The notes beneath the pieces are model-generated. The model was not told the origin of the DNA. It did no database searches and saw nothing but the letters and a program-made list of their open reading frames with translations. Made by a program: the position numbers and the translations under genes. Shown here one piece after another: positions 58,938-64,000 of a DNA stretch of 64,000 nt (its first letter is position 1; every line of letters begins with the position of its first letter). The DNA is from an uncultured Planctomycetia bacterium (GTDB lineage: Bacteria > Omnitrophota > Gorgyraeia > Tantalellales > Tantalellaceae), in NCBI GenBank assembly GCA_964527555.1, contig CAZGOG010000003.1, forward strand, positions 4,320 through 68,319. Reading direction: 5' to 3'.

Positions 58938-60452
58938 GTGATAGAAGAAGGGATGGGGACGCTTGACAGGCTTTTTTCGAAGTTCAAGGAGAACCTGGAC
59001 CTGCGCCAGGAGATACTTGCTTACAGAAAATACCTGAAAAACCCGATGTGGGCCATCTTGCCGCGTATCCCGGAAGGGTACGGCGAGCTTAAGAAGATGG
59101 AAGTCGCTGGAGTCGTAAAACGGGAAAGTGTCACACAGAAGCAGATCCGCAAGGACCTGACCAAGATCTTGGGGGCCATGAAAAAATCCCGTAAACATAA
59201 AACTCCCGAACAGTTCCAGTATGCACAAAGCAGGTTCGGCCTTTGCTATCCGCTTATATCTGATAATGAGATTTTCGGATATATACTGCTTTGCGACATG
59301 AAAAAACCTGTCTCCGGCGATTTCTTGAAGGTGTTTGGCGCGTTCACCAACACGGTCATACGGGAGACTTTGAGAGAGCTCGAGCTTGAGGATATAAACA
59401 AAACCATAAGACCAAGAGCTATAGCGCTTTCGACGGTCCATACGGTGCACAGGCTTATGACTTCCACGCTGGACCTTAACGAGCTTATTCCCAGGATAGC
59501 CCGTCTTACGCTCCAGGTGATAAGGGCAAACCGCTGTTCCATAAAACTGGTCGACAAGAAGAATAAAATGCTTCTGCCCAAGGCGACGATTGACCTGCGG
59601 AAAGCAAAGACAAAGCTGAAGAAAGTGCAGATCGGCAAATATGCGCCCGGTAAGGCCGTCAAGAGGGGCTGTCCCATACGCGGGGAAAATTATCTGGCCA
59701 CGCCGTTAATAGACGAGGAAGTCGTCGGTGTTATCACTATCTATGACAAGCTTGACGGCAAAGAGTTCACGCAGTTCGACGAAGAGATAATGAAGACACT
59801 TTCCGAACAGGCAGCTATCGCCATCAAAAACGCCCAGCTTTTCAGGGAACAGGAGGACCTGACTTTAAACAGTATAAAATGTATCGCACGCCTTCTGGAA
59901 AACCGGCCCCATGGGGGGCACCGGGCGGAAGGATCGTTTTTGAAACTTATAAACATTATCGGGCCCAAGTTCAACATGAATGAGACGGAGATAAAGATGC
60001 TTCAGTATGCGGCTATGCTGCATGACGCGGGCCAGATCACTATACCCGAGAAGGTTCTCATGAAAAGGGGAGAACTTACGGGGCGGGAATACGATATTAT
60101 CAAGATGCATCCTTTAAAGGGAGCTGCGATACTCAAGGAGTTCCCGCCGCTTAAACCGATAGTGCCGATAATACTGTATCATCATGAGAACTATGACGGC
60201 AGCGGATACCCCAAGGGTCTTGAAGGGGAGGAGATACCGCTTGCGGCGCGTATCTTGGCGGTCATAGGGGTCTTTGAGGCCCTGATCACCAAAAAGCCTT
60301 ACCGTAAAGCTCTCTCTATCAAGTCCGCCATAAAAGAGATCAAGAAAAACGCCGGGACGCAGTTTGATCCGCGTATTGTGGGGGTTTTCTGCGAGGCGGT
60401 AGAAAGAAAAGATGTACATAAGCTTCTTAAGAAGGAATTAGAGGAAGCATGA
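58938..60452 (+). CDS. Sensor (PocR/GAF-like)-GAF-HD-GYP protein, possibly catalytically degenerate
   Basis: GAF end FTQFDEEIMKTLSEQAAIAIKNAQL; HDAGQ, HHENYDGSGYP, KPYR, GTQFDP. Confidence 0.85.
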   Translation: MIEEGMGTLDRLFSKFKENLDLRQEILAYRKYLKNPMWAILPRIPEGYGELKKMEVAGVVKRESVTQKQIRKDLTKILGAMKKSRKHKTPEQFQYAQSRFGLCYPLISDNEIFGYILLCDMKKPVSGDFLKVFGAFTNTVIRETLRELELEDINKTIRPRAIALSTVHTVHRLMTSTLDLNELIPRIARLTLQVIRANRCSIKLVDKKNKMLLPKATIDLRKAKTKLKKVQIGKYAPGKAVKRGCPIRGENYLATPLIDEEVVGVITIYDKLDGKEFTQFDEEIMKTLSEQAAIAIKNAQLFREQEDLTLNSIKCIARLLENRPHGGHRAEGSFLKLINIIGPKFNMNETEIKMLQYAAMLHDAGQITIPEKVLMKRGELTGREYDIIKMHPLKGAAILKEFPPLKPIVPIILYHHENYDGSGYPKGLEGEEIPLAARILAVIGVFEALITKKPYRKALSIKSAIKEIKKNAGTQFDPRIVGVFCEAVERKDVHKLLKKELEEA

Positions 60453-60721
60453 AGGATAAACTTAAAAAAGTCCTGAAGGATAAACTTAGTCGGGATATTC
60501 TTGAATTTTTCTATCAGAACCAGACAAGCATAGACAGTGTCGGAGGCATCTCTGCCTGGGTGCATGAGGACCGGGAAAAGGTGCAAGAGGCGCTGGATAA
60601 GCTGGTTAAACTGGGAGTCCTTGAAAAAGACACCAGCGGCGTCACAAAAGGGTACAGTTACACTCATGATGAGAAGACCATGAGAATCGTGAAAGACCTG
60701 ATGCATGATGCAAAGAGATAG
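60449..60721 (+). CDS. Small winged-helix-like hypothetical protein
   Basis: 90 aa, ILEFFYQN...ISAWV...VQEALDKLVKLGVL; ATGA-coupled to the HD-GYP gene. Confidence 0.6.
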   Translation: MKDKLKKVLKDKLSRDILEFFYQNQTSIDSVGGISAWVHEDREKVQEALDKLVKLGVLEKDTSGVTKGYSYTHDEKTMRIVKDLMHDAKR

Positions 60722-61409
60722 AAGTCCGAATCGTTCATGGCTCCGCTACGCTCTAATCGCGTTTTTAACAATCCTCGTTGTTCTTTCAGCTATATTTATT
60801 TTTTTTGACAGAGTGGCTGCGTTCTATGTGAATCGTTTCACCGACTACCGGTTTGCGTATGACAAGTGGGGAGCCGGTCCTTTTGACAGAAGCGATATCG
60901 AAAACGCCCGTATTGCGCTTAAGGGCAGTGAAGCGGGCATAAGAGCAAGAGAGATCCATTTTGACTTTGACATTTATAGATGGCTCGCGGAAAGGGAGAT
61001 CGCGCTGTCCTGTCAGATGAAAGATGTCTTCTTCGAGGTAAAGGGCGAAAATGTGCCGCGCCTTTTCCCGGCGGACAGCGTCCTGGCAAAGCCTTTCGGT
61101 CCCGATCAGAAATATGACCGTATTGAATTCAGGTTCTTCTCCGACAAGAAGGAGACACGTCTTTCGAATTTTCGCGCGCGTTCAGATGATATAAAGGTAA
61201 CGGGAGATTATACTTTTTTAAAGGAGAAGGACGAGGTTTCCGTCGACTTCAAAATATCGTTTTCCCCGGAGTTTTCCTCAAGTTTCGACGAGAATATAAG
61301 AGAAAATGTCTTATCGGTCGATGAAGACGGCTGGTACAGTACCATAATCAACTATAAAGGGAACGCGCTTCTGTTAAAAGCGCTCTATTCCTTTACCATA
61401 GCTCCCTAA
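60705..61409 (+). CDS. Membrane-anchored beta-rich hypothetical protein
   Basis: Single N-terminal TM segment, alternating beta-strand pattern; overlaps the upstream gene. Confidence 0.6.
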   Translation: MMQRDRSPNRSWLRYALIAFLTILVVLSAIFIFFDRVAAFYVNRFTDYRFAYDKWGAGPFDRSDIENARIALKGSEAGIRAREIHFDFDIYRWLAEREIALSCQMKDVFFEVKGENVPRLFPADSVLAKPFGPDQKYDRIEFRFFSDKKETRLSNFRARSDDIKVTGDYTFLKEKDEVSVDFKISFSPEFSSSFDENIRENVLSVDEDGWYSTIINYKGNALLLKALYSFTIAP

Positions 61410-61424
61410 AACGGGCAAAAATCC

Positions 61425-61488
61425 TTGCCCTCAAGGCCGAAAGTGGGTATAATACACATCTTGCTATTTTGCTTTTATATGCTAAAAT
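61425..61488 (+). promoter_or_regulatory. Tandem sigma70-like promoters
   Basis: TTGCCC-N17-TATAAT and TTGCTA-N16-TAAAAT with an extended TG. Confidence 0.5.
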
Positions 61489-61497
61489 ATAGCCCAA

Positions 61498-62145
61498 ATG
61501 GCCGAGAAAGACTATCAAGACGATTTTTTTGGGGAAGAACTTTACGAAAAAAAAGACAGAAAACCCCATCTTTTAAGCAGGTATTCTGAACAGAGATTTT
61601 TGCCTCATATAAGGATACCTATCGAGCATACTGTTATTATCGCTATCGGTATATTGGTACTAGTGATAGTGGCATATGCTGTCGGCGTTGAAAAAGGCAA
61701 AAGGATCACGGCCAGAGGCGCTTTAGAGCCCCAGGCGGTTTCGGAAGGGGTTTTACGGGAGGAGACGGCTGAAGAGGAAAGTACTGACTTTAGCAAGTCG
61801 GAAGAGCTTACCTCGTCAGAAAACGAAGCGCCCGGTAAGAAGATCCAGTTACCTAAAGCAGAAATAGATCCTTACGAAGGGGCAAGGGAAGAAGCGGTAG
61901 TACAGCCCGCGTACAGTTACACATCTCCGGCTTATGCCGTGCAGGTGGCCTCTTTTAAGAATGAGGGTTCCGCGCAAGATGAAGTGAATAGGCTGCGCAG
62001 GCGGGGCGCCGAAGCTGATTTCGAAGAGAACGGGCTCTGGTATCAAGTATATGTGGGGCCGTACAAGACAGTTGAGGAAGCAAGAAGAGCTAGAGAGGGT
62101 TTCCTCTCAGAATATAGCGATTGTTACATAAGAAAACTTAGATAA
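61498..62145 (+). CDS. SPOR domain membrane protein (FtsN/DedD-like)
   Basis: TM segment, acidic linker, C-terminal YAVQVASFK...WYQVYVGPY. Confidence 0.87.
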   Translation: MAEKDYQDDFFGEELYEKKDRKPHLLSRYSEQRFLPHIRIPIEHTVIIAIGILVLVIVAYAVGVEKGKRITARGALEPQAVSEGVLREETAEEESTDFSKSEELTSSENEAPGKKIQLPKAEIDPYEGAREEAVVQPAYSYTSPAYAVQVASFKNEGSAQDEVNRLRRRGAEADFEENGLWYQVYVGPYKTVEEARRAREGFLSEYSDCYIRKLR

Positions 62146-62213
62146 AAATACAACTTAAGATGCGCTAATGGTTAACCTGCGGCATCTAGGTCCGGATAGA
62201 AGAGGAGGAAGAG

Positions 62214-62570
62214 ATGACACAGCATCCAAGTTTAAAAGGCAGCAAAGAGGGAAGTAAATTCCGTTCAGTCTTGAAAAGATTCGAAAAAATAAAGGAACTT
62301 TCTGAAAAGGAAAAATGGGAAGAAGAAAAAGATTCCGTTTTTCATTTGCCTAAGGTAAAGAGAATCAAGTTCAAGGTCAAGAAGGCCAAGGGGCCCGCCG
62401 AAGAGAAAGAAGGCCCTGCAGCTGAAGGCGCTGCTCTGCCGGCAGGGGCTGCCGCTGCACCCGGAGAAGGCGCTCCTGGCGGGAAAGCCGCGCCGGGCGG
62501 AAAAGCTGCTGCCGGCGGCAAAGCCGCTGGTGAGGGAGCCGGCAAACAGGCCAAACAAGAAAAGAAATAA
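62214..62570 (+). CDS. PVC-superphylum 'small basic protein' with an Ala/Gly/Pro/Lys tail
   Basis: MTQHPSLK...RSVLKRFEKI...W...SVFHLPKVK matches the Chlamydiae/Verrucomicrobia/Planctomycetes signature protein pattern. Confidence 0.85.
   Translation: MTQHPSLKGSKEGSKFRSVLKRFEKIKELSEKEKWEEEKDSVFHLPKVKRIKFKVKKAKGPAEEKEGPAAEGAALPAGAAAAPGEGAPGGKAAPGGKAAAGGKAAGEGAGKQAKQEKK
62472..62525 (+). repeat. In-frame 18-nt tandem repeat, three copies (APGGKA/APGGKA/AAGGKA)
   Basis: gctcctggcgggaaagcc / gcgccgggcggaaaagct / gctgccggcggcaaagcc. Confidence 0.75.
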
Positions 62571-62572
62571 AT

Positions 62573-62893
62573 ATGATACCTTTCGAGGACTTTAAAAAAC
62601 TTGATCTCAGGATAGCCGAGATCATAAGCGTCAAAGAACATCCGAACGCCGATAAATTGTATGTCCTCCGAATCGATATCGGAGGAGAGACTAAACAGAT
62701 CGTTGCCGGGATAAGAGAGCATTATGCCGCCGAGGATCTTGTTGGCAGAAAGATCGCCGTTGTCAACAATCTTGAACCGGTAACGATCAGAGGCGAGGAA
62801 TCTAACGGTATGCTTCTTGCCGCCAGCGGCGCTGATTCTGTCATTATTTTAGTCCCGGAAAGTGACGTGCCTGCAGGATCCCCTATCGGGTAG
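62573..62893 (+). CDS. tRNA-binding OB-fold protein (MetRS C-terminal / CsaA / Trbp111-like)
   Basis: FEDFKKLDLRIA, HPNADKL, QIVAGI, NLEP..IRGEESNGMLLA. Confidence 0.9.
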   Translation: MIPFEDFKKLDLRIAEIISVKEHPNADKLYVLRIDIGGETKQIVAGIREHYAAEDLVGRKIAVVNNLEPVTIRGEESNGMLLAASGADSVIILVPESDVPAGSPIG

Positions 62894-63152
62894 AACCGCA
62901 TTCGGGAAGAGTTCCTACCGCCAGTATTACCCTAATCGAAAAACATCCGACGGCGCATATCTATTTTAAACTGCCGGTCCAAATCCCCATAACCTTAAAA
63001 ATGCTGGAAATTTATTGTTTACGGCATATAATGATAATATATGTTTTAAAAAGAGAGACAGCTGATTCCGGCATACAGTGTTCGATTGTCTAAAGAGAAT
63101 TATTGATATATAAGATCCGCTCGTTTACAATTTCCACTCCAAGGAGGGAAAA

Positions 63153-64000
63153 ATGACAAAGTTTATAAAGAAAATGTCAAAAAAATCCGGTCTTGCCCCG
63201 GGGACGCTTGTCCACGTCGGAGAAAAGAGGACCGGGAAGGTCAGGATCAGTGTAATTGACTATGACCAGTCTTTCTGCGAGGAACGCAAGGTGGACAAGA
63301 TAGAAGATTGCTATGAGTATAAAGAGAAGGATACGATCACCTGGATAAATATAGACGGTGTCCATGATCTGGGTATAATCGAAAAAATAGGCAAGAAATT
63401 CGAACTGCATCCCTTGGTGCTGGAGGACATAGGCGACACTGCGCAAAGACCGCAGCTCGAGGATTTTCACGACCATATCTTTATCGTTTTAAAGATGCTT
63501 TATTACAATGCCAAAAAGGAAGAGATAATCGTGGAACAGGTAAGTATAATATTCGGTTCGAATTATGTGATATCTTTCCAGGAACAGGAGGGGGACGTTT
63601 TCGATTCGATAAGAGAGAGGTTAAGACAGGGAAAGGGGCGTGTGCGAAAGATGGGTGCGGATTATCTGGCGTATACCCTCATCGATGCTATAGTCGACAA
63701 TTATTTCCTTATACTCGAAAGTTTCGGAGAAGACCTTGAGAAAATCGAGGAGAATCTTGCGTCTAATCCGGGCCCCGATGTCCTTACGGTCATACACAGG
63801 TTGAAGAGGGATGCCATATTATTGCGCAAAGCGATCTGGCCGCTGCGTGAGATAATAAGCGGCCTCCAAAGAGTGGAATCTTCTCTAATAAAGGAGAACA
63901 CGTTGATTTACTTCAGGGACGTCTATGATCATACCATACAGGTTATAGACACGACCGAGGCTTTCCGTGACATGGTCTCGGGCATGCTTGATATCTACCT
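63153..64000 (+). CDS. corA: Magnesium/cobalt transporter CorA (5' part, runs off the window)
   Basis: MTKFIKKMSKKSGLAPGTLVHVG, HPLVLEDI, QRP, GADYLAYTLIDAIVDNYF, YFRDVYDH. Confidence 0.93.
   Translation, partial: MTKFIKKMSKKSGLAPGTLVHVGEKRTGKVRISVIDYDQSFCEERKVDKIEDCYEYKEKDTITWINIDGVHDLGIIEKIGKKFELHPLVLEDIGDTAQRPQLEDFHDHIFIVLKMLYYNAKKEEIIVEQVSIIFGSNYVISFQEQEGDVFDSIRERLRQGKGRVRKMGADYLAYTLIDAIVDNYFLILESFGEDLEKIEENLASNPGPDVLTVIHRLKRDAILLRKAIWPLREIISGLQRVESSLIKENTLIYFRDVYDHTIQVIDTTEAFRDMVSGMLDIY

Noticed and set aside
54161-62893. Genomic island integrated at tRNA-Gly
   Set aside because: No integrase and no duplicated tRNA 3' end were seen, and the downstream genes include housekeeping-type functions
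62894-63152. Mg-sensing (M-box) riboswitch or other ncRNA before corA
   Set aside because: The region is AT-rich with no recognisable aptamer motifs or strong stems by eye; an Rfam scan would settle it
1-64000. CRISPR array, rRNA, prophage or autonomous transposase
   Set aside because: No regularly spaced direct repeats, rRNA-like sequence, phage genes or transposase ORFs were seen

Overview
A 64 kb bacterial chromosome segment in which every credible gene lies on the + strand. It runs from the end of the S10/spc/alpha ribosomal superoperon (rpsC end to rplQ; rpmD/L30 is absent) through mutS-mutL-nth, amino-acid, lipoate and glycolipid genes, and a cobalamin riboswitch with a BtuB-like receptor and TonB. 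Next come an uncharacterised GNAT-GNAT-GH3 enzyme trio beside a MarR-TolC-RND-M16 peptidase operon that lacks a periplasmic adaptor, then aroQ-peptidase-efp-accB-accC-amaP, ADP-heptose and thiamine genes and tRNA-Gly(CCC). The window ends with an archaeal-type ATPase / phosphoesterase / exchanger / dGTPase / degenerate HD-GYP run, the PVC 'small basic protein' and the start of corA. The signature protein plus outer-membrane genes point to the PVC superphylum, plausibly Ca. Omnitrophota (inference). Best candidates for new biology: the GH3/GNAT amide-forming cluster with its adjacent exporter, two short IS200/IS605-like hairpin elements, a tRNA that shares its first base with a stop codon, and an L17 tail ending in a MinD-like amphipathic helix. 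No CRISPR array, integrase or prophage was seen. All calls come from reading motifs by eye; no searches were run.
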